Notes under the pieces: generated by a model
Database searches by the model: none
The model's input: only the letters and a program-made list of their open reading frames with translations
Told to the model about the DNA's origin: nothing
Shown here: in pieces, positions 48,614-62,916 of the stretch
How positions within the stretch are numbered: the first letter of the stretch is position 1
Layout: every line of letters starts with the position of its first letter
Position numbers and translations under genes: made by a program
DNA from: Escherichia coli
GTDB taxonomy: Bacteria; Pseudomonadota; Gammaproteobacteria; Enterobacterales; Enterobacteriaceae
Strand: one strand, 5' to 3'
Assembly: GCF_041886205.1 (NCBI RefSeq)
Contig: NZ_CP169029.1
DNA length: 64,000 nucleotides

Positions 48614-51600
48614 TTACCCAACCGCTGGTGTCGGATCGTCGCCTTTGTAGTCGCGTTTTACTTCCGTCACCTCATCGCCCTTCTCGTTGTGCAGATGCAC
48701 TTCAAGCTGGTTAAAGGCAATGTTGATGTCGTTTTCACGGCACAGCTGATCGATAGTACGGTTCAGCTCATCGACAGTACGACTACGGTCACGCAGTTCA
48801 CGCACATACAGACGCAGCTCATGATCCAACGTGCTGGCACCAAACGCCGTAAAGAAGACTTCCGGCATTGGTTCGTGCATCACTCTTGGGTGCTCAGTCG
48901 CCGCCTTCAGTAACACTTTACGCACTTTTTCCAGATCGGAGCCATAGGCCACGCCGAGACGGATCACCAGACGCGTAGTAGTGTCAGTCAACGACCAGTT
49001 GATCAGACGCTCGGTAACAAACGCTTTGTTCGGGATGATCACTTCTTTGCGATCGAAATCGGTAATCGTTGTCGCACGAATACGGATCTTACTTACCGTC
49101 CCCGAGAAGCTACCAATGGTTACCGTATCGCCAATACGCACCGGACGTTCGAATAGAATGATCAAACCGGAGACGAAGTTACCGAAAATTTCTTGTAAAC
49201 CAAAACCAAGACCTACGGATAATGCTGCGGCCAGCCACTGGAGTTTATCCCAAGAGACGCCCAGCGATCCGAACACCGTCATCGCACCAACAGCAATAAT
49301 GATGTAGTTAAGGATGGTAGTAATGGCATACGACGCGCCCTGGCGCATATTCAGTCGCGAGAGCACCAGCACTTCCAGTAAACCAGGCAGGTTGCGAATC
49401 AACGCCCAGGCCACCATTGAGGCGATAATCGCAAACAACAGACTGCCCATGGTGACGTTTTTCACCACCGCAGCGCCAGCTTCAGTGCCGTTGTAATGCC
49501 AGAGCGTGATGCTGTCGAGATAGCTGAACACGGTGATCAAATCGGACCAAATTGCCCAGAACATGACACCGAACAGCGCAAACATCAGCAACATGGTAAT
49601 ACGCAGCGTCTGCTGGTTAACTTGCTCCAGTGCAATGGTGGGTTCTTCCGGCGGTTCAGCACCTTCTGCGCCCTCTTTCACCAGATTCTGCCGACGCGCC
49701 AGCGCACGACGCCAGGCGATACGCCGCGCCGCTACGCTTAAGCCACGCAGTACCGTCTGGTACAGCAGGTTCCAGATGATCACCAGATAAACGGTTTCAA
49801 TCCAGCGTCCTGCCAGACGCAGCGTAGTGTAGAAGTAGCCTGTAGCAGTCAGCACCATCAGCGCAATCGGGATTATCGACAGCACGGTAATGGTGACCAG
49901 TCGCATGGTGTGCGACTCTTTATCACGCCAGCTTTCGCGGCACATCGGCCATACCAGGAAGGCAATCAGCAGCAGGTTGAAGAAAATCATCGCTTGCCCC
50001 AGCACATCATCCATCAGATGCAGCGGGGAAAGTTCTGCCACCACAGACCAGAAATGGATAGGCAGCAATGCGAGACTGATGCGGACAATTTGCCGACGCC
50101 AGTGGCTGGTCTGCTGTTCCGGCATGCCGAAGTGACGTACGGCAACGCCGTTTTTCTCCAGTACCTTCCAGCACAGGCCAAACACCAGCCAGAATATCGC
50201 CAGTTTTTTGCTGAACGACCATAGCAGTTCGCTGATGTTGAGCTGCATGGTCAACAGAATCAGGCCAACCGCGAGAATAATCAGGCACACCGGCAGCGCA
50301 CGGATCAGGTCGATAAGGATCGCTTTTGGTGTGTTGAGCTGGCTGTCGTTACGCAGGGAACCCACAGCGGAAGCCAGTTTTTGTTGATACGCTTTCAGCC
50401 AGCCCAGACGCCAGTGGATCAGCCCGGCAATCAACAGCAGCGGCAAACCAGCGAGGAAAGCGATAAAAACGGCGGGCCAGGCTTTTTGCCAGTTCACCGT
50501 GATTTTCATCGACTTAAATTCATCTTTCAGGCTTTGCGGGAACGCTTTGATCCAGTCCCAGTCCATTGGACGGTTACTGTTCACCCAAAAGATTTGCTGA
50601 GTCAGGATGGATTTCAGGTTTTTCGACACACTCATTAACTGCTGCTGGTTGATTTGCAGGTTAATGGCCATCATCAGCTGGTTACCCAACTGTTTGTTGA
50701 GTTGATCCAGCAATTCGCGACGCATATCAACCACTTGCAATAACGCATCGTGAACTTCGCTGTTGACTTCGTTGGTGTGACCTTCTTCCAGTTTGTTGAC
50801 GAACGCATCGCTCTGGAAGAGTGCATCACGCTGCTGGTTAACTTCAAACTGTTCGAGACGCAAATCCGCGATGCGGTTGGTCATGTTTTCCAGTTCATCC
50901 GCCGAGGGCAGCGTTTGTTGTTGCTGGTAAAGGATACGAGACAACAGCAGGCTGCCCTTCAGGACGGCAATCTGCTCTTTAATATTGCGTTCCGATTGCA
51001 GCGCCCGCTCCAGCCAGTTTTTGACTTTAATGTTTTGCTGCATCAACTGATTACCGTTTTCAGTCGCGGTAATCAGACGCTGACTTAACTGCTGGTTAAT
51101 TTCCAGTTCCTGCTTCACCAGCGGATTAGCCTGAATACGCGCGGCTTCATCCGGGGAGACGGCTTCCTGCGCCGTTTTTTCGGTTAAAGTCAGGCGCTTG
51201 CTGTTTACCGCTTCTTGCAACAGTTGTAACTGGTGCTCCAGACGAGCGCTGTTCGCCGTCACGTAATCACGTTGCTTTTGCAAGGTATCCTGCAAGACGG
51301 TGTTCCCTTCCAGGCTTTTACGCTGCTGGTCAATCTCCGCATTCAGCAACGCCTGCTGGGCCTGCATTAACACTTTCTGGCTGGGACGTAAGGCTGTCTC
51401 GCCGACATCAGTCCCATCCAGACGACTGCGAATTTGTTGCAGCTGCTGCGAAGCGTTATACATCGCATTTTGCACGCGTTCGGGCTGCGTCTGTAACGAA
51501 ACCAGCTGGCTGTTATAAGACGCCAGATCGTTTTGTGCGTTTTGCAAATCGTCCAGCGCCTGGGCAACGCGAGTTTCCAGCTGGCGCAACGAAAGCGTGC

Positions 51601-51976
51601 TCAGAATTTTGCGCGTTTCTTCGTCGTTATCGACATCGCTAAGTGCTGTTAACGCCGCGGTCGCCTGGCGCATTTTTTCCGGCGCTTCAGCGACTTTTTG
51701 CCGTAGCTGAACTGTCTCTTCTTTTATGCGATCGATTTTATCGAGGGTGGCTAATGTATCTGTCAGATCCTGCTGCACCAGTTTGTCCTGAGCAGAAAGA
51801 TCTTTTTGTTTATTTAGTGAGTCAAGTTGCGCCTGCAGGTCCGCTTTTGTCGGCAGATCACCATTCGATGACGCCCGCGCAAACGCCGTGTTCTGGCATA
51901 ACAAGACAAAAACAAAAGCAATAAATGCTGAAAAAACAAAATGCCGTGATCGTTTGTAATACTGGAACATAGTCAT
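48614..51976 (-). CDS. mscK: potassium-dependent mechanosensitive channel
   Basis: 1120-aa ORF with signal peptide, coiled-coil periplasmic region and MscS-like C-terminal domain. Confidence 0.92.
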   Translation of the reverse strand: MTMFQYYKRSRHFVFSAFIAFVFVLLCQNTAFARASSNGDLPTKADLQAQLDSLNKQKDLSAQDKLVQQDLTDTLATLDKIDRIKEETVQLRQKVAEAPEKMRQATAALTALSDVDNDEETRKILSTLSLRQLETRVAQALDDLQNAQNDLASYNSQLVSLQTQPERVQNAMYNASQQLQQIRSRLDGTDVGETALRPSQKVLMQAQQALLNAEIDQQRKSLEGNTVLQDTLQKQRDYVTANSARLEHQLQLLQEAVNSKRLTLTEKTAQEAVSPDEAARIQANPLVKQELEINQQLSQRLITATENGNQLMQQNIKVKNWLERALQSERNIKEQIAVLKGSLLLSRILYQQQQTLPSADELENMTNRIADLRLEQFEVNQQRDALFQSDAFVNKLEEGHTNEVNSEVHDALLQVVDMRRELLDQLNKQLGNQLMMAINLQINQQQLMSVSKNLKSILTQQIFWVNSNRPMDWDWIKAFPQSLKDEFKSMKITVNWQKAWPAVFIAFLAGLPLLLIAGLIHWRLGWLKAYQQKLASAVGSLRNDSQLNTPKAILIDLIRALPVCLIILAVGLILLTMQLNISELLWSFSKKLAIFWLVFGLCWKVLEKNGVAVRHFGMPEQQTSHWRRQIVRISLALLPIHFWSVVAELSPLHLMDDVLGQAMIFFNLLLIAFLVWPMCRESWRDKESHTMRLVTITVLSIIPIALMVLTATGYFYTTLRLAGRWIETVYLVIIWNLLYQTVLRGLSVAARRIAWRRALARRQNLVKEGAEGAEPPEEPTIALEQVNQQTLRITMLLMFALFGVMFWAIWSDLITVFSYLDSITLWHYNGTEAGAAVVKNVTMGSLLFAIIASMVAWALIRNLPGLLEVLVLSRLNMRQGASYAITTILNYIIIAVGAMTVFGSLGVSWDKLQWLAAALSVGLGFGLQEIFGNFVSGLIILFERPVRIGDTVTIGSFSGTVSKIRIRATTITDFDRKEVIIPNKAFVTERLINWSLTDTTTRLVIRLGVAYGSDLEKVRKVLLKAATEHPRVMHEPMPEVFFTAFGASTLDHELRLYVRELRDRSRTVDELNRTIDQLCRENDINIAFNQLEVHLHNEKGDEVTEVKRDYKGDDPTPAVG

Positions 51977-52103
51977 GATGAATGAAGGTTTCTGAACCTG
52001 AAGAACGACCTGAAAAAGTCAAACCGCAAGAATATCACGACGCAGTGAACCAGAATAGCAACGACGAAAATGTCCAGGAAAAATCCTGGAGTCAGATTCA
52101 GGG

Positions 52104-52751
52104 TTATTCGTTAGTGGCAGGATTACGAAGCGTGGGGCACAGGAGATACATCTCCAGTAAGATGGCAACGTAATCGCGGGCTTCTTTTTTAAGATCAAAA
52201 GATTGCGGGGCAAAGAGCCAGTTTTCCATCAGGCCGGAAATATAGCCGCGCATAATAATTGCTGCGCGACGCGTCATTAAATCCGCAGGCAACATTTTCG
52301 CTTCAATACAATGTTTTAACGTTTGTTCTATACGGTCATAACTTTCCAGACAGAGATTACGTTGTGCCTGTTGCACAACAGCCATTTCTCCGACAAATTC
52401 GCATTTGTGGAATATAATCTCCATCAATAATCGACGCCGTTCTTCTGTCACCGTGGATTCAAGAACATGAATTAATATCTCTCTTAATACTGAGAGTGGA
52501 TCGCCAGGGAATTTTGCCTGATACTCAAGCTCTAGTTCACCAATATTGGATTCTGACAGTTCCCAGATCTCACTGAACAAATCCGACTTGTCTTTAAAAT
52601 GCCAGTAGATTGCACCGCGCGTAACGCCAGCTGCTTTTGCAATCTCGCCCAGCGAGGTGGATGATACCCCCTGCTGTGAGAAAAGACGTAGAGCCACATC
52701 GAGGATGTGTTGGCGCGTTTCTTGCGCTTCTTGTTTGGTTTTTCGTGCCAT
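52104..52751 (-). CDS. acrR: TetR-family repressor of acrAB
   Basis: 215-aa ORF with TetR HTH, divergent from acrA. Confidence 0.92.
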
Positions 52752-52779
52752 ATGTTCGTGAATTTACAGGCGTTAGATT

Positions 52780-52803
52780 TACATACATTTGTGAATGTAT
52801 GTA
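52780..52803. promoter_or_regulatory. AcrR operator (24-bp inverted repeat)
   Basis: tacatacatttgtgaatgtatgta palindrome in the acrR-acrA intergenic region. Confidence 0.75.
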
Positions 52804-52892
52804 CCATAGCACGACGATAATATAAACGCAGCAATGGGTTTATTAACTTTTGACCATTGACCAATTTGAAATCGGACACTCGAGGTTTACAT

Positions 52893-54086
52893 ATGAACAA
52901 AAACAGAGGGTTTACGCCTCTGGCGGTCGTTCTGATGCTCTCAGGCAGCTTAGCCCTAACAGGATGTGACGACAAACAGGCCCAACAAGGTGGCCAGCAG
53001 ATGCCCGCCGTTGGCGTAGTAACAGTCAAAACTGAACCTCTGCAGATCACAACCGAGCTTCCGGGTCGCACCAGTGCCTACCGGATCGCAGAAGTTCGTC
53101 CTCAAGTTAGCGGGATTATCCTGAAGCGTAATTTCAAAGAAGGTAGCGACATCGAAGCAGGTGTCTCTCTCTATCAGATTGATCCTGCGACCTATCAGGC
53201 GACATACGACAGTGCGAAAGGTGATCTGGCGAAAGCCCAGGCTGCAGCCAATATCGCGCAATTGACGGTGAATCGTTATCAGAAACTGCTCGGTACTCAG
53301 TACATCAGTAAGCAAGAGTACGATCAGGCTCTGGCTGATGCGCAACAGGCGAATGCTGCGGTAACTGCGGCGAAAGCTGCCGTTGAAACTGCGCGGATCA
53401 ATCTGGCTTACACCAAAGTCACCTCTCCGATTAGCGGTCGCATTGGTAAGTCGAACGTGACGGAAGGCGCATTGGTACAGAACGGTCAGGCGACTGCGCT
53501 GGCAACCGTGCAGCAACTTGATCCGATCTACGTTGATGTGACCCAGTCCAGCAACGACTTCCTGCGCCTGAAACAGGAACTGGCGAATGGCACGCTGAAA
53601 CAAGAGAACGGCAAAGCCAAAGTGTCACTGATCACCAGTGACGGCATTAAGTTCCCGCAGGACGGTACGCTGGAATTCTCTGACGTTACCGTTGATCAGA
53701 CCACTGGGTCTATCACCCTACGCGCTATCTTCCCGAACCCGGATCACACTCTGCTGCCGGGTATGTTCGTGCGCGCACGTCTGGAAGAAGGGCTTAATCC
53801 AAACGCTATTTTAGTCCCGCAACAGGGCGTAACCCGTACGCCGCGTGGCGATGCCACCGTACTGGTAGTTGGCGCGGATGACAAAGTGGAAACCCGTCCG
53901 ATCGTTGCAAGCCAGGCTATTGGCGATAAGTGGCTGGTGACAGAAGGTCTGAAAGCAGGCGATCGCGTAGTAATAAGTGGGCTGCAGAAAGTGCGTCCTG
54001 GTGTCCAGGTAAAAGCACAAGAAGTTACCGCTGATAATAACCAGCAAGCCGCAAGCGGTGCTCAGCCTGAACAGTCCAAGTCTTAA
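52893..54086 (+). CDS. acrA: RND efflux periplasmic adaptor
   Basis: MNKNRGFTPLAVVLMLSGSLALTGC lipobox; 397 aa. Confidence 0.95.
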   Translation: MNKNRGFTPLAVVLMLSGSLALTGCDDKQAQQGGQQMPAVGVVTVKTEPLQITTELPGRTSAYRIAEVRPQVSGIILKRNFKEGSDIEAGVSLYQIDPATYQATYDSAKGDLAKAQAAANIAQLTVNRYQKLLGTQYISKQEYDQALADAQQANAAVTAAKAAVETARINLAYTKVTSPISGRIGKSNVTEGALVQNGQATALATVQQLDPIYVDVTQSSNDFLRLKQELANGTLKQENGKAKVSLITSDGIKFPQDGTLEFSDVTVDQTTGSITLRAIFPNPDHTLLPGMFVRARLEEGLNPNAILVPQQGVTRTPRGDATVLVVGADDKVETRPIVASQAIGDKWLVTEGLKAGDRVVISGLQKVRPGVQVKAQEVTADNNQQAASGAQPEQSKS

Positions 54087-54105
54087 CTTAAACAGGAGCC
54101 GTTAA

Positions 54106-57258
<3,153 letters not shown>

Positions 57259-57277
57259 TACAACGTGTAATCACTAA

Positions 57278-57299
57278 GGCCGCGTAAGCGGCCTTTTTT
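57278..57299 (+). terminator. rho-independent terminator after acrB
   Basis: ggccgc-gtaa-gcggcc followed by T6. Confidence 0.7.
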
Positions 57300-57447
57300 A
57301 TGCATAACCTACGAACATTAAGGAGTAATTGAACCACCAACTCAGGATCTCATACGAAAACCAGTATTAACCTCGCATAAAATTCATAAAAAATACTGAT
57401 TGTTAGTTAATTTATATTAAGTAGCGCTAATAGGTAATGACTCCAAC

Positions 57448-57951
57448 TTATTGATAGTGTTTTATGTTCAGATAATGCCCGATGACTTTGTCATGCAGCT
57501 CCACCGATTTTGAGAACGACAGCGACTTCCGTCCCAGCCGTGCCAGGTGCTGTCTCAGATTCAGGTTATGCCGCTCAATTCGCTGCGTATATCGCTTGCT
57601 GATTACGTGCAGCTTTCCCTTCAGGCGGGATTCATACAGCGGCCAGCCATCCGTCATCCATATCACCACGTCAAAGGGTGACAGCAGGCTCATAAGACGC
57701 CCCAGCGTCGCCATAGTGCGTTCACCGAATACGTGCGCAACAACCGTCTTCCGGAGCCTGTCATACGCGTAAAACAGCCAGCGCTGGCGCGATTTAGCCC
57801 CGACATAGCCCCACTGTTCGTCCATTTCCGCGCAGACGATGACGTCACTGCCCGGCTGTATGCGCGAGGTTACCGACTGCGGCCTGAGTTTTTTAAATGG
57901 CGGAAAATCGTGTTGAGGCCAACGCCCATAATGCGGGCGGTTGCCCGGCAT
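57448..57951 (-). CDS. insB: IS1 InsB (expressed as InsAB' by -1 frameshift at A6C, 57888-57894)
   Basis: 167-aa ORF overlapping insA; AAAAAAC motif on the minus strand. Confidence 0.9.
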   Translation of the reverse strand: MPGNRPHYGRWPQHDFPPFKKLRPQSVTSRIQPGSDVIVCAEMDEQWGYVGAKSRQRWLFYAYDRLRKTVVAHVFGERTMATLGRLMSLLSPFDVVIWMTDGWPLYESRLKGKLHVISKRYTQRIERHNLNLRQHLARLGRKSLSFSKSVELHDKVIGHYLNIKHYQ

Positions 57952-58145
57952 CCAACGCCATTCATGGCCATATCAATGATTTTCTGGTGCGTACCGGGTT
58001 GAGAAGCGGTGTAAGTGAACTGCAGTTGCCATGTTTTACGGCAGTGAGAGCAGAGATAGCGCTGATGTCCGGCGGTGCTTTTGCCGTTACGCACCACCCC
58101 GTCAGTAGCTGAACAGGAGGGACAGCTGATAGAAACAGAAGCCAC
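57870..58145 (-). CDS. insA: IS1 InsA
   Basis: 91-aa [46 protein letters not shown]... Confidence 0.92.
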   Translation of the reverse strand: MASVSISCPSCSATDGVVRNGKSTAGHQRYLCSHCRKTWQLQFTYTASQPGTHQKIIDMAMNGVGCRATARIMGVGLNTIFRHLKNSGRSR

Positions 58146-58580
58146 TGGAGCACCTCAAAAACACCATCATACACTAAATCAGTAAGTTGGCAGCATCACC
58201 GCGCTAATAGATTTAATAATCCATAATCATTTAGAGGCTATTCTTAATTATTTGCGGTAATTCTTTATTCATTCCTCGGTTATTACGTCATATTCAGAGC
58301 AATCCTGGTATTAGTGTCACCAATGTCATCTGGCGATAATCCTGAAATGTTATGAACTGTTCGAGCAAACTGCTTTTACCTACTGCGGGTTGGTGCTAGT
58401 ATGAAAAAGTGAGTCCTGTCCTGCTTCCTTCCTAATTGTAATTTTTCGTAATAATGCGATGAAAACCTGCAAAGAGTGGCTTATAGTTAAGCTAACAAAC
58501 GAGAGGGCAAGTCTAGGTCAGTAAGTTTTTTCCATCCCGAAAGGTGTCCGTTAGTTCAACCACTAAGAAGGGGACGCGTT

Positions 58581-58955
58581 ATGGATGAATACTCACCCAA
58601 AAGACATGATATCGCACAGCTTAAGTTTCTCTGTGAAACCCTGTATCATGACTGCCTTGCAAACCTTGAAGAAAGCAATCATGGCTGGGTAAACGACCCA
58701 ACCTCGGCGATCAACCTCCAGTTGAATGAACTGATTGAGCATATTGCGACCTTCGCACTTAATTACAAAATTAAGTATAATGAAGACAATAAGCTCATTG
58801 AGCAGATCGACGAATATCTGGATGACACCTTTATGTTGTTCAGTAGTTATGGTATTAATATGCAGGATCTTCAGAAATGGCGGAAGTCAGGTAATCGACT
58901 ATTCCGTTGTTTTGTCAATGCGACGAAAGAGAATCCTGCGAGTTTATCTTGTTAG
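58581..58955 (+). CDS. tomB: Hha toxicity modulator TomB
   Basis: 124-aa [28 protein letters not shown]..., directly upstream of hha. Confidence 0.9.
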
Positions 58956-58980
58956 AATTATTACAACCATGGGTAGAAGT

Positions 58981-59199
58981 ATGTCCGAAAAACCTTTAAC
59001 GAAAACCGATTATTTAATGCGTTTACGTCGTTGCCAGACAATTGACACGCTGGAGCGTGTTATCGAGAAAAATAAATACGAATTATCAGATAATGAACTG
59101 GCGGTATTTTACTCAGCCGCAGATCACCGCCTCGCCGAATTGACCATGAATAAACTGTACGACAAGATCCCTTCCTCAGTATGGAAATTTATTCGCTAA
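58981..59199 (+). CDS. hha: haemolysin expression modulator Hha
   Basis: [39 protein letters not shown]...; 72 aa from internal Met of the longer track ORF. Confidence 0.92.
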
Positions 59200-59370
59200 T
59201 AAATAATTCGCTTTCGGAGCTATAACCGGCTGTTTATTAAGAATTTTATACTTTTTCGCCATGAAGACATACCCTATGTGATCTTTATCACACAGATGTA
59301 ATGGGAACGTTCTCTTCACTGACTTTTCGTCTTACTGTGTTGCCGCATTTTCAGCAACCAGAGGTCAGTA

Positions 59371-59958
59371 ATGAGCACAGAAAAAGAAAAGATGATTGCT
59401 GGTGAGTTGTATCGCTCGGCAGATGAGGCGTTATCTCGCGATCGCCTGCGCGCTCGTCAGCTTATTCACCGATACAATCATTCCCTGGCGGAAGAGCACA
59501 CATTACGCCAGCAAATTCTCGCTGATCTATTCGGTCAGGTGACAGAGGCTTATATTGAGCCAACGTTTCGCTGTGACTATGGCTATAACATCTTTCTCGG
59601 CAATAATTTTTTCGCCAACTTCGATTGCGTGATGCTTGATGTCTGCCCTATTCGCATCGGTGATAACTGTATGCTGGCACCAGGCGTTCATATCTACACG
59701 GCAACACATCCCATCGACCCTGTAGCACGTAATAGCGGTGCTGAACTGGGGAAACCCTTCACCATCGGTAATAACGTCTGGATTGGCGGACGCGCGGTCA
59801 TTAACCCTGGTGTGACCATTGGTGATAACGTCGTGGTAGCCTCAGGTGCAGTTGTCACAAAAGATGTCCCGGACAACGTTGTCGTGGGCGGTAATCCAGC
59901 CAGAATAATTAAAAAATTGCAATCGGTTTTTCGCAACTGTTATGCAAAATTGTGGTAA
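59371..59958 (+). CDS. maa: maltose O-acetyltransferase (hexapeptide repeat)
   Basis: [21 protein letters not shown]...; ORF is 195 aa here. Confidence 0.88.
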   Translation: MSTEKEKMIAGELYRSADEALSRDRLRARQLIHRYNHSLAEEHTLRQQILADLFGQVTEAYIEPTFRCDYGYNIFLGNNFFANFDCVMLDVCPIRIGDNCMLAPGVHIYTATHPIDPVARNSGAELGKPFTIGNNVWIGGRAVINPGVTIGDNVVVASGAVVTKDVPDNVVVGGNPARIIKKLQSVFRNCYAKLW

Positions 59959-60037
59959 ATCTGTTACTTTCCCTCTACTATTCCCACGTTAAAATAGGGT
60001 GTTCCCTAGAAAGTTGCAGATACCACGAAGGCAAACG

Positions 60038-60508
60038 ATGACCGAAATACAACGCCTGCTGACCGAAACGATTGAGTCTCTGAATACCCGCGAAAAACGC
60101 GATAACAAACCCCGCTTTAGTATCAGTTTTATCCGTAAACATCCGGGGCTGTTTATCGGTATGTATGTTGCTTTTTTTGCCACCCTGGCGGTGATGTTGC
60201 AGTCCGAAACGCTTTCAGGCTCTGTCTGGTTACTGGTTGTATTATTTATCCTGCTTAATGGTTTCTTCTTTTTCGATGTCTACCCACGCTACCGCTATGA
60301 AGATATCGACGTGCTGGATTTCCGCGTTTGCTATAACGGCGAATGGTACAACACGCGCTTTGTACCTGCCGCGCTGGTTGAAGCCATCTTGAACTCTCCG
60401 CGTGTCGCGGATGTTCAAAAAGAACAACTGCAAAAAATGATCGTCCGTAAAGGTGAATTGTCTTTTTACGATATTTTTACCCTTGCTCGCGCCGAATCAA
60501 CATCTTAA
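60038..60508 (+). CDS. ylaC: inner membrane protein YlaC
   Basis: [27 protein letters not shown]...; 156 aa from internal Met. Confidence 0.85.
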   Translation: MTEIQRLLTETIESLNTREKRDNKPRFSISFIRKHPGLFIGMYVAFFATLAVMLQSETLSGSVWLLVVLFILLNGFFFFDVYPRYRYEDIDVLDFRVCYNGEWYNTRFVPAALVEAILNSPRVADVQKEQLQKMIVRKGELSFYDIFTLARAESTS

Positions 60509-60665
60509 GTTAGAGTTACATACCAGGCGTAAAGCTCTGCGCCTGGTCAAATGACAACGTTCGTTTCCACCCATCACTTCATGAAATACCGGTTCTACCT
60601 CCTTATCTCCTGCCAGCCTTTTTCCACAATCGGATATACTTTCTCTACACTGTGTTAATAAGGAT

Positions 60666-62222
60666 ATGCTGGTGAGAACACGACATCTGGTCGGCCTTAT
60701 TTCGGGAGTACTGATTCTTTCAGTATTGCTGCCTGTCGGCTTAAGCCTCTGGCTGGCCCATCAGCAGGTAGAAACATCATTTATTGAAGAGCTGAATACC
60801 TATTCCTCCCGCGTCGCTATTCGGGCCAATAAGGTGGCGATACAAGGGAAAGATGCGCTGCAAGAGCTGGAAAGATGGCAAGGCGCTGCCTGTAGCGAAG
60901 CCCATCTCATGGAAATGCGTCGGGTATCTTACAGTTATCGCTATATTCAGGAAGTGGTTTATATCGATAACAACGTTCCCCAGTGTTCGTCTCTGGAGCA
61001 TGAAAGCCCGCCCGATACCTTCCCCGAGCCAGGTAAAATTTCGAAAGATGGTTATCGTGTCTGGTTAACATCGCATAACGATTTAGGCATTATCCGTTAC
61101 ATGGTCGCCATGGGAACGGCACATTATGTCGTCATGATCGACCCCGCTTCCTTTATTGATGTCATTCCCTATAGCTCATGGCAAATTGATGCCGCCATTA
61201 TTGGCAATGCCCATAACGTTGTGATAACCAGCAGCGATGAAATTGCTCAGGGAATTATTACCAGGCTACAAAAAACACCCGGTGAGCATATCGAAAATAA
61301 TGGAATCATTTACGATATCCTGCCCTTCCCGGAGATGAATATTTCGATCATCACCTGGGCTTCAACGAAAATGTTGCAGAAAGGCTGGCATTGGCAAGTC
61401 TTTATTTGGTTACCGCTCGGGTTGGTGATTAGCCTGCTGGCAGCGATGTTTGTGCTGCGTATTTTGCGCCGTATCCAGTCACCGCATCATCGGCTGCAGG
61501 ATGCTATCGAAAATCGTGATATTTGCGTGCACTATCAGCCAATTGTCTCCTTAGCCAATGGCAAAATTGTCGGTGCTGAGGCACTGGCGCGCTGGCCGCA
61601 GACAGACGGTAGTTGGTTGTCACCAGATAGTTTTATTCCGCTGGCACAGCAAACGGGCCTTTCTGAGCCATTGACGCTACTGATTATAAGAAGCGTCTTT
61701 GAAGATATGGGCGACTGGCTGCGTCAGCATCCACAGCAGCATATTTCGATCAATCTTGAATCCACCGTGCTCACCTCGGAAAAAATCCCGCAATTGCTGC
61801 GTGAAATGATCAATCACTATCAGGTTAATCCCAGACAGATCGCGCTTGAACTCACTGAACGCGAGTTTGCCGATCCGAAGACAAGCGCCCCGATAATTTC
61901 TCGCTACCGGGAGGCGGGCCATGAAATTTATCTTGATGATTTTGGTACGGGATATTCAAGTTTAAGTTATTTACAGGATCTGGATGTCGACATTCTGAAG
62001 ATCGATAAATCTTTCGTTGATGCGCTGGAATATAAAAATGTCACGCCGCATATCATCGAAATGGCAAAAACACTGAAACTGAAAATGGTAGCGGAGGGAA
62101 TCGAAACCAGTAAACAAGAAGAGTGGCTACGCCAGCATGGCGTGCACTACGGTCAGGGCTGGCTCTACAGCAAGGCATTACCGAAAGAAGATTTCTTACG
62201 CTGGGCCGAGCAACATTTGTGA
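60666..62222 (+). CDS. pdeB: c-di-GMP phosphodiesterase (CSS-motif sensor plus EAL domain)
   Basis: N-terminal TM and periplasmic domain, C-terminal EAL domain (EGIET, DDFGTG). Confidence 0.88.
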   Translation: MLVRTRHLVGLISGVLILSVLLPVGLSLWLAHQQVETSFIEELNTYSSRVAIRANKVAIQGKDALQELERWQGAACSEAHLMEMRRVSYSYRYIQEVVYIDNNVPQCSSLEHESPPDTFPEPGKISKDGYRVWLTSHNDLGIIRYMVAMGTAHYVVMIDPASFIDVIPYSSWQIDAAIIGNAHNVVITSSDEIAQGIITRLQKTPGEHIENNGIIYDILPFPEMNISIITWASTKMLQKGWHWQVFIWLPLGLVISLLAAMFVLRILRRIQSPHHRLQDAIENRDICVHYQPIVSLANGKIVGAEALARWPQTDGSWLSPDSFIPLAQQTGLSEPLTLLIIRSVFEDMGDWLRQHPQQHISINLESTVLTSEKIPQLLREMINHYQVNPRQIALELTEREFADPKTSAPIISRYREAGHEIYLDDFGTGYSSLSYLQDLDVDILKIDKSFVDALEYKNVTPHIIEMAKTLKLKMVAEGIETSKQEEWLRQHGVHYGQGWLYSKALPKEDFLRWAEQHL

Positions 62223-62262
62223 ATTTTTGGGCTGACGGCACGCCGCACAGCCCGTCCGCTAC

Positions 62263-62616
62263 CTATTCGTCGATGATTGACTCGAATCCGCCATAGATCA
62301 TTCGCTTGCCGTCAAACGGCATGGACTCGCCGAACTCTTTCATCCGTGGGTCCGACATCATCTTTTGATTAGCAGCGTCGCGGACCTCTTTTGAAGGGTA
62401 TTCAATCCAGCTAAAGACAACCTCTTCATTCTCTTCCGCTTTCACCGCCATACGAAAATCGGTCACTTTGCCATCCGGTACATCGCTGGCCCAGCATTCG
62501 ACAATACGAAGCGCGCCAAACTCTTTAAACAATGGCGCAGCCTTAGCGGCCATTTCCCGATAGGCATCCTTTTTATCGGCAGGAACGGCAACCACAAAAC
62601 CATCAACATACTTCAT
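62263..62616 (-). CDS. ybaA: DUF1428 protein
   Basis: 117-aa ORF MKYVDGFVVAVPADKK... Confidence 0.85.
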   Translation of the reverse strand: MKYVDGFVVAVPADKKDAYREMAAKAAPLFKEFGALRIVECWASDVPDGKVTDFRMAVKAEENEEVVFSWIEYPSKEVRDAANQKMMSDPRMKEFGESMPFDGKRMIYGGFESIIDE

Positions 62617-62726
62617 CAGACATACCTCCGAAGCGTACTGCGCAGCCAGACAATTCTTGCGACGTCAGTTGTGGTTAAAGTTTAGCCATGTTGGGATTTT
62701 TTGACGAAACGGTGGGAGGCAGAAAT

Positions 62727-62840
62727 GGGTGGGGGCCCTGCCAGCTACATCCCGGCACACGCGTCATCTGCCTTGGCTGCTTCCTTCCGGACCTGACCTG
62801 GTAAACAGAGTAGCGTTGCGGGAGAACCAACAGAGCCCCC
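62727..62840 (-). ncRNA. ffs: 4.5S RNA (SRP RNA)
   Basis: Reverse complement reads GGGGGCUCUGUUGGUUCUCCCGCAACGC...GGCAGGGCCCCCACCC, 114 nt, matching 4.5S RNA from memory. Confidence 0.95.
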
Positions 62841-62916
62841 ATTGAGAGCGTTGAGAACCAACGCGCAGGCGCATTATCACTGCTGCCCCGGCTAATTGCA
62901 ACCCATCGCGTGCCAG

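Larger units (their letters stand above)
57433..58200 (-). mobile_element. IS1 insertion sequence (768 bp) with 9-bp target-site duplication gcgctaata
   Basis: Terminal inverted repeats ggtaatgactccaacttattgat / atcagtaagttggcagcatcacc; identical 9-mers at 57424-57432 and 58201-58209. Confidence 0.95.

Noticed and set aside
52956-53603. 215-aa minus-strand ORF inside acrA, and the similar 233-aa ORF at 55534-56235 inside acrB
   Set aside because: Antisense shadow ORFs within clearly conserved genes
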